Assembly (NCBI GenBank): GCA_050329555.1
Contig: JBHJOQ010000077.1
Location: 3,144-67,143, forward strand
Length of the DNA: 64,000 nucleotides
Direction of reading: 5' to 3'
DNA from: Acidimicrobiia bacterium
GTDB taxonomy: Bacteria > Actinomycetota > Acidimicrobiia > Spongiisociales > ZC4RG35
Below are positions 55,040-64,000 of the stretch, one piece after another. Both the position numbers and the translations under genes were made by a program. Position 1 is the first letter of the stretch. Each line of letters opens with the position of its first letter. Below the pieces are notes generated by a model, which had not been told where the DNA came from, did no database searches, and saw nothing but the letters and a program-made list of their open reading frames with translations.

Positions 55040-58000
55040 ATCACCAGGGTGGTATCACGACGCCATCATCTATGAGGTCCACGTTCGCTCCTTCCGCGAC
55101 GCAAACGGAGACGGGATCGGGGATTTCCGCGGGTTGACGAGCAAACTCGACTACCTGCGCGACCTGGGTGTGACCGCCATCTGGCTACTGCCGTTCTACC
55201 CCTCCCCGCTACGCGACGATGGCTACGACATTGCTGACTACCTGTCGATCAATCCCTCATACGGGACGATGCGCGATTTCAAGCGTTTCCTCAGTGAAGC
55301 CCACGACCGTGACCTGAAGGTGATCACCGAGCTTGTTATCAATCACACTTCCGACCAGCACCCCTGGTTTCAACGAGCCCGCAGGGCACCCGAAGGGAGC
55401 CCTGAACGGGATTTCTACGTTTGGTCCGACACCACCGACCTCTATTCCGATGCCCGCATCATCTTCCAGGACACCGAGAATTCGAACTGGACCTGGGACC
55501 CTGTTGCAGGGGCATACTTCTGGCACCGGTTCTTCTCCCACCAGCCCGACCTCAACTTCGAGAACCCCGCAGTTCACGACGCCATCTTCGAGGCCCTCGA
55601 CTTCTGGCTCGATCTCGGTGTCGACGGGCTGCGACTCGATGCCATCCCGTACCTGTACGAGCGGGACGGCACTATGTGCGAGAACCTCGACGAGACCCAT
55701 GCCTACTTGAAGAAGCTGCGCGCCCGGGTCGATTCAAAGTACGAGGACAGGATGCTGCTTGCCGAAGCCAATCAGTGGCCGGAGGACTCAGTCGCATACT
55801 TCGGTGACGGGGACGAATGCAACATGTCCTTCCACTTCCCCCTCATGCCGCGCATGTTCATGGCGTTGCGGATGGAGAACCGATTTCCCATCATCGACAT
55901 CCTGGAACAGACCCCGGAGATACCCGACGGTTCGCAGTGGGCAATCTTCCTCCGCAACCATGACGAGCTGACACTGGAGATGGTCACCGACGAAGAGCGC
56001 GACTATATGTACCGGGTGTATGCGGGCGACCCCCAGATGCGAATCAACGTAGGTATCCGCCGTCGCCTCGCCCCGCTGCTGGGCAACAACCGGCGTGAGA
56101 TCGAACTCATGAACGGGCTGTTGCTCTCACTGCCGGGATCGCCGGTGATCTACTACGGCGACGAGATCGGCATGGGGGACAACATCTACCTGGGAGACCG
56201 CAACGGGGTGAGGACCCCGATGCAATGGTCTGGTGACAGAAATGCCGGATTCTCCGAAGCCAACCCGCAGCGGCTCTACTTTCCAGTCATCACCGACCCC
56301 GAGTACCACTACGAGTCGGTCAACGTTGCCATCCAGGGGGACAATCCAAACTCGCTGTGGTGGTGGATGAAGCGGGTTCTCTCCATTCGGAAGAGCCTTC
56401 CTGAGCTGTCGCGAGGACGCCTCGAGTTTGTCAGCTCCGACAATGCCAAGGTCCTCACCTTTCTCCGGCGTCTCGAAGACCGGTCGGTCCTGGTTGTCGC
56501 CAACCTTTCCCGCCATGTCCAGCCGGTCACTCTGGAGCTCGAAGAGCTGGCCGGTCATGTCCCGGTCGAGGTCCTGGGCCGGGCACGTTTTCCCGAAGTC
56601 GGCGAATCTCCCTACACCCTGACCGTGGGGCCCCACGAGTTCTACTGGTTTTCGATGGAGCCAGCCGAGGCGGAATCCCATCCCGAAGAAAGACTCAGGA
56701 TCAACCTGCGCGGCCCTCTCGACGGGATCTGGCGGGCGCGTGGGCAACTGCAACGGGCACTGGTGGACGACATCTCACATCGTCGTTGGTTCCGGTCCAA
56801 GGCAAGGACAATCCGGGAATCTGAGCTGGTGGATTTACTCGAGGTTCCAGGCTCGGACGGTCGGGTCGCAATCCTCAGGGTCGACTACATGCACGGTGAC
56901 GATGAGTTCTACGTATTGCCGCTGGCGGTGGCGACCGGTGTCGAAGCCACACGCGTCGAAACGGATTTGCCCGAAGCGATCGTTGCCGTGATCCATGTCC
57001 CCGGTGAGGAAACCGACTCATACCTCTACGACGCCATGCACGACGAGAGCTTTTCGCGGTCTCTTCTCCGGCTGGCGGCAAGCAACCGGAAGGTAAAAGG
57101 GCGACGGGCCAGCCTCTCCTCGGGTTCCATCCCCCGGTCCCGGGTTGCCGCCCAGGGAATGGATGAGGTTCCCGTGCGCTTCGCCGGTCTCGATCAGACG
57201 AACTCGTCGGTGTTCTTCGGCGACCGGCTGATGATGAAGCTATTCCGCAAGATCGAGCCCGGGCCGAATCCTGAGGTAGAGGTGGGTCGTTTCCTCACCG
57301 AAGAGGCACGGTTCCCCCACACTCCTGAAACGCGAGCACTGGTGGTTGCCGAGGTCGATGGAAAGACGGCGGCGCTTGCCTTCTTCCAGCAGTTCGTCCC
57401 CAGCCAGGCCAACGCCTTCGAACACGTATACGGGAATGCCCTGCTTGCCCTGGAGACCGTGTTTGCCCGATCCGATGACCTGGGTCCTCCCCCAAGCCCG
57501 AAACACGCCCTCGACGTCACTGAGGTCGATCTCGACAGGGGACGGCAGTTCATGGGGCCGTTGCTCGCAGACGCACGGCTGCTGGGCGAGCGCACCGGCG
57601 AAATGCATCTTGCCCTCGCATCGAGACCCGACGACCCCGTCTTCGGGACCGAATCGATCTCGACCCTGCAGATGCGCTCGGTGTACCAGTCGATCCGATC
57701 AACGGTGAAGACGAGCATCGGACTGCTTCGTCGGCGCCGGTCACACCTGCACGAAGACGATGCCGAAATGGTCGATGATCTGATCAGTCGTGAAGCCGCC
57801 ATCCTCGACCAGATCAAAGCGGTGATGTCCGAGAAGATTGTTGTCGACCGGATCCGAATTCATGGCGACTACCACCTCGGACAGGTTCTCTACACGGGGA
57901 AAGACTTCGTCATTATCGACTTCGAGGGCGAGCCGCAGCGACCGTTGTCGGAGAGGCGCTTGAAAAGGCTGGCTCTGCGCGATGTCGCCGGGATGGTTCG

Positions 58001-58307
58001 ATCTTTCCACTATGCGCTGCTGATGGCGTCCCGCCAGATCGACAGGTCGGGCTGGGACGACGGGAGGCGCCAGCATCTGTTCGACTGGACGCAGGCGATC
58101 CACCGATGGCTAACTGCCGAACTCGTCGCCGGATACCGAGAAGTGGTGGACGGGTCTTCGATCGTCCCGGCCGATCCCGACCAGTTTCGCGAGCTGCTCG
58201 ATGTCCTGATAGTAGAGAAGGCCGCCTACGAGTTGGAGTACGAGGTGAACAACCGCCCGGACTTCGTCAGCGTGCCGCTAAGCGGAATCCTCGACACGCT
58301 TCGCTGA
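54960..58307 (+). CDS. treS: Trehalose synthase / maltokinase fusion (TreS-Pep2)
   Basis: 1115 aa. The TreS half has [39 protein letters not shown] and [11 protein letters not shown]. The C-terminal maltokinase half has [26 protein letters not shown]. The only canonical start (ATG at 54960) overlaps glgE by 80 nt. Confidence 0.9.
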   Translation: MCRESRRTSSPSSVRLEPKGISTISPESPGWYHDAIIYEVHVRSFRDANGDGIGDFRGLTSKLDYLRDLGVTAIWLLPFYPSPLRDDGYDIADYLSINPSYGTMRDFKRFLSEAHDRDLKVITELVINHTSDQHPWFQRARRAPEGSPERDFYVWSDTTDLYSDARIIFQDTENSNWTWDPVAGAYFWHRFFSHQPDLNFENPAVHDAIFEALDFWLDLGVDGLRLDAIPYLYERDGTMCENLDETHAYLKKLRARVDSKYEDRMLLAEANQWPEDSVAYFGDGDECNMSFHFPLMPRMFMALRMENRFPIIDILEQTPEIPDGSQWAIFLRNHDELTLEMVTDEERDYMYRVYAGDPQMRINVGIRRRLAPLLGNNRREIELMNGLLLSLPGSPVIYYGDEIGMGDNIYLGDRNGVRTPMQWSGDRNAGFSEANPQRLYFPVITDPEYHYESVNVAIQGDNPNSLWWWMKRVLSIRKSLPELSRGRLEFVSSDNAKVLTFLRRLEDRSVLVVANLSRHVQPVTLELEELAGHVPVEVLGRARFPEVGESPYTLTVGPHEFYWFSMEPAEAESHPEERLRINLRGPLDGIWRARGQLQRALVDDISHRRWFRSKARTIRESELVDLLEVPGSDGRVAILRVDYMHGDDEFYVLPLAVATGVEATRVETDLPEAIVAVIHVPGEETDSYLYDAMHDESFSRSLLRLAASNRKVKGRRASLSSGSIPRSRVAAQGMDEVPVRFAGLDQTNSSVFFGDRLMMKLFRKIEPGPNPEVEVGRFLTEEARFPHTPETRALVVAEVDGKTAALAFFQQFVPSQANAFEHVYGNALLALETVFARSDDLGPPPSPKHALDVTEVDLDRGRQFMGPLLADARLLGERTGEMHLALASRPDDPVFGTESISTLQMRSVYQSIRSTVKTSIGLLRRRRSHLHEDDAEMVDDLISREAAILDQIKAVMSEKIVVDRIRIHGDYHLGQVLYTGKDFVIIDFEGEPQRPLSERRLKRLALRDVAGMVRSFHYALLMASRQIDRSGWDDGRRQHLFDWTQAIHRWLTAELVAGYREVVDGSSIVPADPDQFRELLDVLIVEKAAYELEYEVNNRPDFVSVPLSGILDTLR

Positions 58308-60383
58308 AGTAAGAACGACTGTCGAGCGCGTCGGCAACACCAGCGCTCCGTCCACCTGGGTCCCCGCCTCGCGGTCACCACTGGTGTCGACGACAACCGA
58401 CCAGTCGTGCTCCAAAGTCATCGGTAGCTTCCAGTCGAGCTCTTTGTCGTTGGCGCTCATGATCACCATGAATGAGTCGTCCTTTACGTGTTGACCACGG
58501 AGATCGCGTCCCCTGATGCCGTCGCCGTTGAGGTACATGCCCAGCGAGCGCCGGTGGCTCGTGTTGAAATCCTCCTCGCTCATCTCCTCGCCGTCGGAGC
58601 GGAACCAGGCGATGTCGACGGTTCCTCTAATCGGCCGACCCTGGAACCAGCGTCGCTGGCGAAAGATTGGATGCTGCTGGCGCAGCGCGATCAGGCGGCG
58701 GGTGAAAGCGAGGAGATCTCGGTCGACATTTTCCCAGTTGTACCACGAGATATCGTTGTCCTGGGCGTAGGGGTTGTTGTTGCCAACCTGAGTCCGACCC
58801 ATTTCGTCGCCCCCCAACAGCATTGGCACGCCTTGGGAGAGAAGAAGGGTGGTCAGAAAATTGCGCTGCTGGCTGCGGCGGCACCGGCAAACATCCGGGT
58901 CGTCACTGGGACCCTCTGCCCCGCAATTCCAGGAACGGTTGTGGTTTTCGCCGTCGCGATTGTCCTCGCCATTCGCCTGGTTTTGTTTCTCGTTGTAAGA
59001 GACGAGGTCCTTGAGAGTGAACCCGTCGTGGGCGGTGACGAAGTTGATGCTGGCCACGGGTCGCCTGGTGTCAGCCTGATAGAGGTCGGAGCTGCCGGTA
59101 AGCCGGGAGGCCAACTCTGCAACAGACGACGGCTCCCCTCGCCAGAAGTCGCGCACCGTATCTCGATATAGCCCGTTCCATTCCGACCAGACCGGCGGAA
59201 AATTCCCAACCTGATAGCCCCCTTCCCCAAGGTCCCATGGCTCCGCGATCAGCTTTACCCGGCTGACGATCGGATCCTGCTGGATGATATTGAGGAACGC
59301 AGACAGCCGATCGACTTCGTAGAACTGCCTGGCGAGGGTGGCTGCCAGGTCGAACCGGAACCCGTCGACATGCATCTCGGTGACCCAATACCGGAGCGAA
59401 TCCATAATCAGTTGGAGACTGTGCGGGTTGCCTGCGTTGAGGCTGTTACCAGTGCCTGTGGTGTCGAAATAGTGACGGGGGTCGTCTGGAACCAGCCGGT
59501 AATAGGCGGCATTGTCGATGCCCTTGAACGACAGCATCGGGCCCATGTGGTTGCCTTCGGCGGTGTGGTTGTAGACGACGTCGAGGATCACCTCGATACC
59601 CGCCTCGTGTAACGCTCTCACCATCGACTTGAACTCTTCGACCTGCTCGCCCTGGCGGGCGGCATATCCGTTGTGCGGGGCAAAGAAACCGATCGAGTTG
59701 TAGCCCCAGTAGTTGCGGAGGCCTTGTTTCACCAGGTGCGAGTCCTGAACGAACTGGTGGACCGGCATCAGTTCGACGGCGGTCACCCCGAGTTTGGTGA
59801 AATAGTCGATGATGACCGGATGGCCGAGGCCTTCATAGGTGCCGCGGAGGTGCTCAGGAATTTCGGGGTGCTTCATGGTGAGACCTCTGACATGGGTCTC
59901 ATAGATGATCGTCTCGTGGAGGGGTGTGGTCGGCCGGTGGTCGGCACGCCAGTCGAAATAGGGGTTGTGCACGACACTCTTGGGCACATGCGGTGCGCTG
60001 TCGGTTTCGCTGCGGGTGTCGGGGTCTTCGAGGTCGTAGCCGAAACATGCGGGGTCCCAGTCGACGCTACCCTCGATTGACTTCGCATACGGATCGAGGA
60101 GCAACTTGTTCGGGTTGCACATGAGGCCCCGGGCGGGATCCCACGGGCCTTTCACCCGGAACCCGTAACGCTGGCCCGGTGTGACATCGGGCAGGTAGCC
60201 GTGCCAGACATAGCCGTCGACCTCTTTGAGGGGAACCCGGGTCTCGGCGCCATCGGCCTCGAACAGAGACAGGATCACCTTGTGGGCGACCTCGGAGAAG
60301 ATGGCAAAGTTGGTCCCCGCACCGTCATACGTGGCCCCGAGGGGATAGGCGCTCCCGGGCCATAACTCATGCTTAACAGGCAA
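58278..60383 (-). CDS. glgX: Glycogen debranching enzyme GlgX
   Basis: 701 aa. [25 protein letters not shown], and GH13_11 motifs (DVVYNHT, GFRFDLA, EPWD, VTAHDGF). It has a TTG start. Confidence 0.93.
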   Translation of the reverse strand: MPVKHELWPGSAYPLGATYDGAGTNFAIFSEVAHKVILSLFEADGAETRVPLKEVDGYVWHGYLPDVTPGQRYGFRVKGPWDPARGLMCNPNKLLLDPYAKSIEGSVDWDPACFGYDLEDPDTRSETDSAPHVPKSVVHNPYFDWRADHRPTTPLHETIIYETHVRGLTMKHPEIPEHLRGTYEGLGHPVIIDYFTKLGVTAVELMPVHQFVQDSHLVKQGLRNYWGYNSIGFFAPHNGYAARQGEQVEEFKSMVRALHEAGIEVILDVVYNHTAEGNHMGPMLSFKGIDNAAYYRLVPDDPRHYFDTTGTGNSLNAGNPHSLQLIMDSLRYWVTEMHVDGFRFDLAATLARQFYEVDRLSAFLNIIQQDPIVSRVKLIAEPWDLGEGGYQVGNFPPVWSEWNGLYRDTVRDFWRGEPSSVAELASRLTGSSDLYQADTRRPVASINFVTAHDGFTLKDLVSYNEKQNQANGEDNRDGENHNRSWNCGAEGPSDDPDVCRCRRSQQRNFLTTLLLSQGVPMLLGGDEMGRTQVGNNNPYAQDNDISWYNWENVDRDLLAFTRRLIALRQQHPIFRQRRWFQGRPIRGTVDIAWFRSDGEEMSEEDFNTSHRRSLGMYLNGDGIRGRDLRGQHVKDDSFMVIMSANDKELDWKLPMTLEHDWSVVVDTSGDREAGTQVDGALVLPTRSTVVLTSAKRVEDSA

Positions 60384-60471
60384 TATTGCTCAATTCTCTC
60401 TCGATTATTCAGACGCGACGGTAGAACCCGGCCGGTTTCCTCCCGGGACCCGACGGACGGGCGCCAGAACC

Positions 60472-60486
60472 TGCATCCTGGATGCA
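60472..60486. promoter_or_regulatory. Perfect 15-bp palindrome tgcatcc-t-ggatgca in the glgX leader/intergenic region
   Basis: Read directly from the sequence. The 7-1-7 geometry fits a dimeric DNA-binding-protein site better than an RNA hairpin. Confidence 0.4.
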
Positions 60487-60721
60487 AACAGTATCGCCAT
60501 CCCGGTCTAGATGCGTAAATCCGGGAGGTTGTTGACGCGGTGGCGGTGAGCCTCCCTGGTTGGGTGGTTCTTGCACAAAACACGAACCAAAAGAGGCTCA
60601 ACGAGAGAATTGAGCCGGTCATCTTGATAGCTCTAATTGGACGGTGCGTACTCGAGCTCTGGGTGACTCGAGTGGTGAGGAAGTTCGAAGCAGTCTGACT
60701 GGCGCCGACCTCGGAAGGACC

Positions 60722-61387
60722 CTATTGGGCAGTAACTCTCCAGACGGGGATCTCTTCGGTCACTCCCCTCAGGACACCACTGATCTTTTCGACTCGCGCA
60801 TCGGCGAGCAGTGCCGCCACGCCGTCGACGTCGGCCACATCCTGGGTGATGAGAACTTCGCTCGCCTCCGCCAACTGTTGGGTCCGGGCTGCGATGTTCA
60901 CATTCTGCCCGAAATAGTCGAGCCTTTCGTTGAGATTGACGGCGATCGAATGGCCGCGGTGCACACCCACCTTCAACTCCAACTTGTCCGCGCTTCCCGT
61001 CGCGATCTCTCCGATGTCTTTGACCATCTGAAGAGCTGCTGTCACCGCGTCGACCGGAGTTAGGAACGTGGCCATGACGGCGTCGCCAATCGTCTTGATG
61101 ACGACGCCATTGTGATGTGAAACTGCGTCGGCGATCACGCCGAAGTGGCCTCTCACCACGTTGTAGGCGGTCACGTCGCCGATCTCGTCATACATCGAGG
61201 TCGAGTTCTTGAGATCGGTGAACAAAAAAGTCAGGTCGGCGACCGTGAGTGCTTCTTCGTCGCCCGGGGCTTCCGATCGGAACAACGCATGAAACGTGGA
61301 CGAATGAAGGATTCGTTTGGCGGTGAGGGGATTCGACCACTCGATGCTCCCGAGGAAATCAGCGGCAAAGTTCGGCGGGTATCTCAC
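60722..61387 (-). CDS. Class III adenylate/guanylate cyclase catalytic domain (downstream half of a TAG-interrupted reading frame)
   Basis: LTFLFTDLKNSTSMYDEIGDVTAYNVVRGHF...VIKTIGDAVMATF...KVGVHRGHSIAVN...DYFGQNVNIAAR. The GTG at 61387 lies in the same frame as the upstream ORF, 3 nt after its TAG. Confidence 0.85.
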   Translation of the reverse strand: MRYPPNFAADFLGSIEWSNPLTAKRILHSSTFHALFRSEAPGDEEALTVADLTFLFTDLKNSTSMYDEIGDVTAYNVVRGHFGVIADAVSHHNGVVIKTIGDAVMATFLTPVDAVTAALQMVKDIGEIATGSADKLELKVGVHRGHSIAVNLNERLDYFGQNVNIAARTQQLAEASEVLITQDVADVDGVAALLADARVEKISGVLRGVTEEIPVWRVTAQ

Positions 61388-61390
61388 GAT

Positions 61391-62302
61391 CTAAATCGGC
61401 CGTCGATGTGTTGAGTCGTTTCTGCAGGTGAGGTCGAGGAGGGTAGGTCCGATCAAGTGAACCGCTAGAAAAAGAATCGTGCCGACCGGGGTTTCGATAG
61501 GAACTGCAGATGTGGCGATGCCGGGATGCTCGAGGCCGTCATCGCCGATGGGCAACAGGTATGACCTATCCGATTTCTCCCCGTCCGGACGGACAAAGAA
61601 GGCGAAGGATGTTGACCAGTCACGAATCAACAGCGTTCCGTCGTCCAGGTCGACGGTGACCTCGATGGCCTCGCCCGGTTCGAGATATCGCAGGGCCAGC
61701 GTGGCCTCTCGCAGGAAGTCTCCAGTCGCGAGGTCCCCGACTCTCGTACTGGCGGATCGGCTGTACTGAAACTCAAACAGCAGTTGTTCGGCCGTTAGGT
61801 CATCGGGGTGATGGAAAATGATCTCACGAACTGACGAGTCAACAGTGAAAACTACCTGGATTACGTCATCGAGACGCGACTGATTCTCCATGTCGCAGAG
61901 GGTGCAGTGGAAGTGGCCGTCCACCTTGTCGAGGTGCCGGAAGCTTTTGAAGACATTCCCACAGGAAACGCAGACAATGTTCCACTCCATCTGAAACAAC
62001 CCGGCCTTGGTTGCGTGCAGAAACAGGTCGATGCTCTCGGACTCTCCAACGCCGCGTGTGGCGCCGTATTGGAGCGGGTTGACCCGGAACAGCTCAGGAT
62101 CTGTCGCGGTTCGGATGAATGCAGCGAATTGCTCGACCCGTTCGTCGCCGATGCCGGCCGACGTGAGGCTTGACAGACATCCCGTGAGACGTGCCTCATC
62201 AATCGCAAAACCCGACTGTTTACTCATGTACGGCATGGTCACAATTTTGCAGCCAATGGCAACGAGATAACCAGGTTTGGACCACAGCCCTCGGGGAACC
62301 AA
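61391..62302 (-). CDS. Cys4-containing N-terminal sensor-like domain (DUF5939-like), normally fused to cyclase domains
   Basis: 303 aa. It has FRVNPLQYGA, WNIVCVSCGNVF...HFHCTLCDM and a beta-rich C-terminal part. It ends at TAG 61391-61393. The true start is uncertain; internal ATGs at MPYMSKQ are plausible. I assigned the family from memory. Confidence 0.6.
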   Translation of the reverse strand: MVPRGLWSKPGYLVAIGCKIVTMPYMSKQSGFAIDEARLTGCLSSLTSAGIGDERVEQFAAFIRTATDPELFRVNPLQYGATRGVGESESIDLFLHATKAGLFQMEWNIVCVSCGNVFKSFRHLDKVDGHFHCTLCDMENQSRLDDVIQVVFTVDSSVREIIFHHPDDLTAEQLLFEFQYSRSASTRVGDLATGDFLREATLALRYLEPGEAIEVTVDLDDGTLLIRDWSTSFAFFVRPDGEKSDRSYLLPIGDDGLEHPGIATSAVPIETPVGTILFLAVHLIGPTLLDLTCRNDSTHRRPI

Positions 62303-62466
62303 AACATGGTCGCCATCCTGGCATGCCCGGGACTTGTGTGCCGATGCGGTCTAGGTGGTCTGTGATCGAACTACCAAGCAAGTCTGACGGCCGTATCGAC
62401 TTCAGGTCGGAATCGGCAGGGCGACATGAGGTCTGCCTATCAATGGACCACGGCATGATGGGGTGA

Positions 62467-63189
62467 ATGGAAAGTCTCATTGTCCTGGCCGGTCTTATCG
62501 GCCTGGTCTTCGCGATCGTCAATCTCATCCGCCCACTCGGTCGGCTCGGTGTGGTCAACCGGCAGCGTGCGGGTGCGCTGCTGGCTGTCTCCTTCGTCAC
62601 GATCCTGATCGGCGGCGCAATTGCTCCTGCTCCGTCCGCCGAAAGCGAGGTGGATGCTGCTGCCACCACCGTTGACGCGTCCACAACGGCGCCGTCGACA
62701 GCATCCGAAGTCCTGAGTGGCCCCGTCATCCTGGCACCACCCGCAGCCGGGCCGTCTGGAGATCCGGACCAGCCGGGCCCGGTCGGAGCGGAACTCGTGA
62801 CGGTTCTGTCCATTATCGACGGCGACACTTTGACCGTCGCCCTCGCCGCCGGTGGAAATGACACCGTCCGCCTGGTCGGGATCAACACCCCGGAGTCTGG
62901 GGAGTGCTTTGCCGATGAAGCCACAGCAGTGCTGAACGCGCTGGTCCCGCCCGGGTCGCAGTTAGCGATGACGGTCGACGTTTCCGACAGAGACCGGTTC
63001 GACCGGCTCCTTCGCTATCTTTGGGTGGGTCAGATGTCGGTGAACGAGGAGTTGGTGCGGCGAGGGGCAGCCATAGCACGAAGATTCCCGCCCGACATCG
63101 CGATGGCCGACCGGTTCGAAGCTGCCCAGGCATCTGCGCAGTTGGCGGAGTTCGGCCTGTGGGCACCCGAGGCTTGCGGCCCAGGCTGA
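62467..63189 (+). CDS. Membrane-anchored thermonuclease (SNase-like) family nuclease
   Basis: 240 aa. N-terminal TM (LIVLAGLIGLVFAIVNLI), an Ala/Thr/Pro linker, then the SNase fold: VLSIIDGDTLTV...VRLVGINTPE...DRFDRLLRYLWV...NEELVRRGAA. Confidence 0.82.
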   Translation: MESLIVLAGLIGLVFAIVNLIRPLGRLGVVNRQRAGALLAVSFVTILIGGAIAPAPSAESEVDAAATTVDASTTAPSTASEVLSGPVILAPPAAGPSGDPDQPGPVGAELVTVLSIIDGDTLTVALAAGGNDTVRLVGINTPESGECFADEATAVLNALVPPGSQLAMTVDVSDRDRFDRLLRYLWVGQMSVNEELVRRGAAIARRFPPDIAMADRFEAAQASAQLAEFGLWAPEACGPG

Positions 63190-63339
63190 GAGTCGGAGCT
63201 ACGCATCCTCGAAGTCTTCTAGGACGCACCCCGAAACCCGGCGGCTGGATACTGAAGGATGATTCCGCCTGCCACACCACATCGGCAGGTAACTGTTGTG
63301 GCCTCTGTTGCTGATGGCAGGGCGCCATTTTTTTTAGAG

Positions 63340-63386
63340 TGGAGCTGAGGGGATTTGAACCCCTGACCCCTTGACTGCCAGTCAAG
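63340..63386 (-). tRNA. 3' fragment of a tRNA-Ala(GGC)-like gene (anticodon arm through discriminator); no 5' half is present
   Basis: The minus strand reads cttga-CUGGCAG-tcaag / gggtc / agggg-ttcaaat-cccct / cagctcc-a. This has correct tRNA geometry (5-bp stem, 7-nt loop, 5-nt variable loop, T arm, 7-nt acceptor 3' strand compatible with G3:U70). The 27 nt upstream (tctcccaggaagtcgaaaccccttgag) contain no D arm and no complementary GGGGCTG/GGAGCTG acceptor strand. Confidence 0.65.
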
Positions 63387-63572
63387 CTCAAGGGGTTTCG
63401 ACTTCCTGGGAGAACCTAGAAATCTGGCCTCTGAACAGGACTTTTGTCTCGCGCTGACTCTTGGCGTTTTCCGGCATTTTTCATTCTCCCGCGGACTCTT
63501 TGCGGACTCTCGCCATCCACCGGAGAGGGTCCGGCTTAGCACTCAGCGTCGAGGCTGCGGCGTGTGCTCTAG

Positions 63573-64000
63573 CTATTGGCTCTGCTGGATCGATCCTCGC
63601 AGATCCTTCATCAGCAGGTAGAGGTGGTGCGGGTTTTCGGGCAACGGCTGGAACCCCCACCTTTGGTAGAACCGTGCAGCCGCCTCGTCCTTAGCGTGGA
63701 CCAAGACCGCCCGCCCTCCAATCTCGTCAGCAGCTGCGGCGCAGCGAGCCAGAGCATCCCTGAGGAGATCGCCACCGATCCCCCTTCCTTGCTCTGATCG
63801 GTCGAGCCCAAGGCGAGCCAGCAGTATCACTGGTATCGGTCGATGGCGAGGGAGCCCCGCGCCGAGCCTGGGCGCCGCCTCTGCCTGCTCAATAGCGTGA
63901 GGAGCCAAGGTGTAGAAGCCAACCAGATGTTGGTCTCGCTTGAGTATGTATGTCACCGAAGCACCTGCTCGCTGGTCCGATAGGGCGAATTGCCGTAACC
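63573..64000 (-). CDS. GNAT-family acetyltransferase toxin (TacT/AtaT-like) of a type II TA module; N-terminus lies beyond the right edge
   Basis: ...LRQFALSDQRAGASVTYILKRDQHLVGFYTLAPHAI...PIPVILLARLGLDRSEQGRGIGGDLLRDALARCAAAADEIGGRAVLVHAKDEAAARFYQRWGF is collinear with the remembered Salmonella TacT blocks (RTFVV...VAGFYSLA...PIPVIILARLAVD...GKGLGADLLHDA...IGVRAIMVHA...FYIHHGF). The frame stays open upstream of the track's GTG to position 64000. Confidence 0.8.
   Translation of the reverse strand, partial: LRQFALSDQRAGASVTYILKRDQHLVGFYTLAPHAIEQAEAAPRLGAGLPRHRPIPVILLARLGLDRSEQGRGIGGDLLRDALARCAAAADEIGGRAVLVHAKDEAAARFYQRWGFQPLPENPHHLYLLMKDLRGSIQQSQ

Noticed and set aside
63340-63386. Interpretation of the tRNA-like fragment as the 3' end of a complete tmRNA (ssrA).
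   Set aside because: A tmRNA would need a GGGGCUG 5' acceptor strand about 350-400 nt upstream on the minus strand. No cagcccc or cagctcc string exists on the + strand up to 63800, and that space is occupied by the GNAT toxin gene. A disrupted tmRNA 3' end cannot be excluded. The canonical anticodon-arm geometry favours a tRNA.
63536-63544. ttagcactc, a perfect match to the left arm of the CIRCE (HrcA operator) consensus.
   Set aside because: The required partner, gagtgctaa 9 nt downstream, is absent (the sequence there is gctgcggcg). The site is 50 kb from hrcA/dnaJ and not upstream of a chaperone gene. A single 9-mer match is expected by chance at about this window size.
1-64000. Search for CRISPR arrays, rRNA genes, intact tRNAs, retron/DGR-like reverse transcriptases and known anti-phage defence gene clusters.
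   Set aside because: I found no regularly spaced short repeats, no rRNA-like segments, no complete cloverleaf and no RT, Cas, restriction or Abi-type motifs in any credible ORF. The only defence- or addiction-like gene is the partial TacT-type toxin at the right edge.

Overview
High-GC (Actinomycetota-like) chromosomal window. I guess an aquatic Acidimicrobiia-type lineage from gene content, but I cannot verify that here.

**1-19.8 kb.** A conserved housekeeping block, almost all on the minus strand: dnaG (partial), yceI-like, glyQS, uppS, recO, era, CBS/CorC, ybeY, pgpH-like, phoH, HTH, rsmE, dnaJ, hrcA, hemW, lepA, rpsT (+), holA and a folP-like gene.

**19.8-33.4 kb.** comEC/comEA, ppk2, leuS, a five-gene peptide-type ABC importer and hbd.

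**33.3-38.3 kb.** This block holds the most interesting content:
- A clear heliorhodopsin gene.
- 18 nt downstream of it, a Prx-like2 (AhpC/TSA_2) redox gene whose first CxxC cysteine codon is an in-frame TGA, followed directly by a hairpin. This is a candidate UxxC selenoprotein.
- GH1 beta-glucosidase, an SMP-30 lactonase and an aldo-keto reductase.

**38.3-42.4 kb.** A ~3.5 kb insert that looks lower in GC. It carries a 2-hydroxyacid dehydrogenase and a LamG/dimethylformamidase-large-subunit-like protein. It is bracketed by ~285-bp diverged direct repeats that duplicate the AKR 5' end, the intergenic region and the 3' end of the next gene.

**44.4-51.1 kb.** A decayed mosaic island: an SDR fragment, a 5'-truncated and frameshifted IS630 transposase, an excisionase remnant, and intact small-molecule catabolic genes.

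**51.1-60.4 kb.** The GlgE alpha-glucan pathway: glgB, glgE, a treS-pep2 fusion and glgX.

**60.4-64.0 kb.** The right end holds:
- A DUF5939-like/class III cyclase reading frame split by a single in-frame TAG.
- A membrane-anchored SNase.
- A 47-nt tRNA-Ala-like 3' fragment.
- A TacT-type GNAT toxin gene that runs off the edge, which probably marks the edge of an integrated element.

Other observations: two tandem 83-nt structured intergenic repeats, four copies of a TGCAC-N-GTGCA palindrome upstream of hbd, a lepA gene with no canonical start codon, and a long structured glgX leader. No rRNA, intact tRNA or CRISPR array was seen. Many long ORFs in the track are antisense shadows typical of high-GC DNA.
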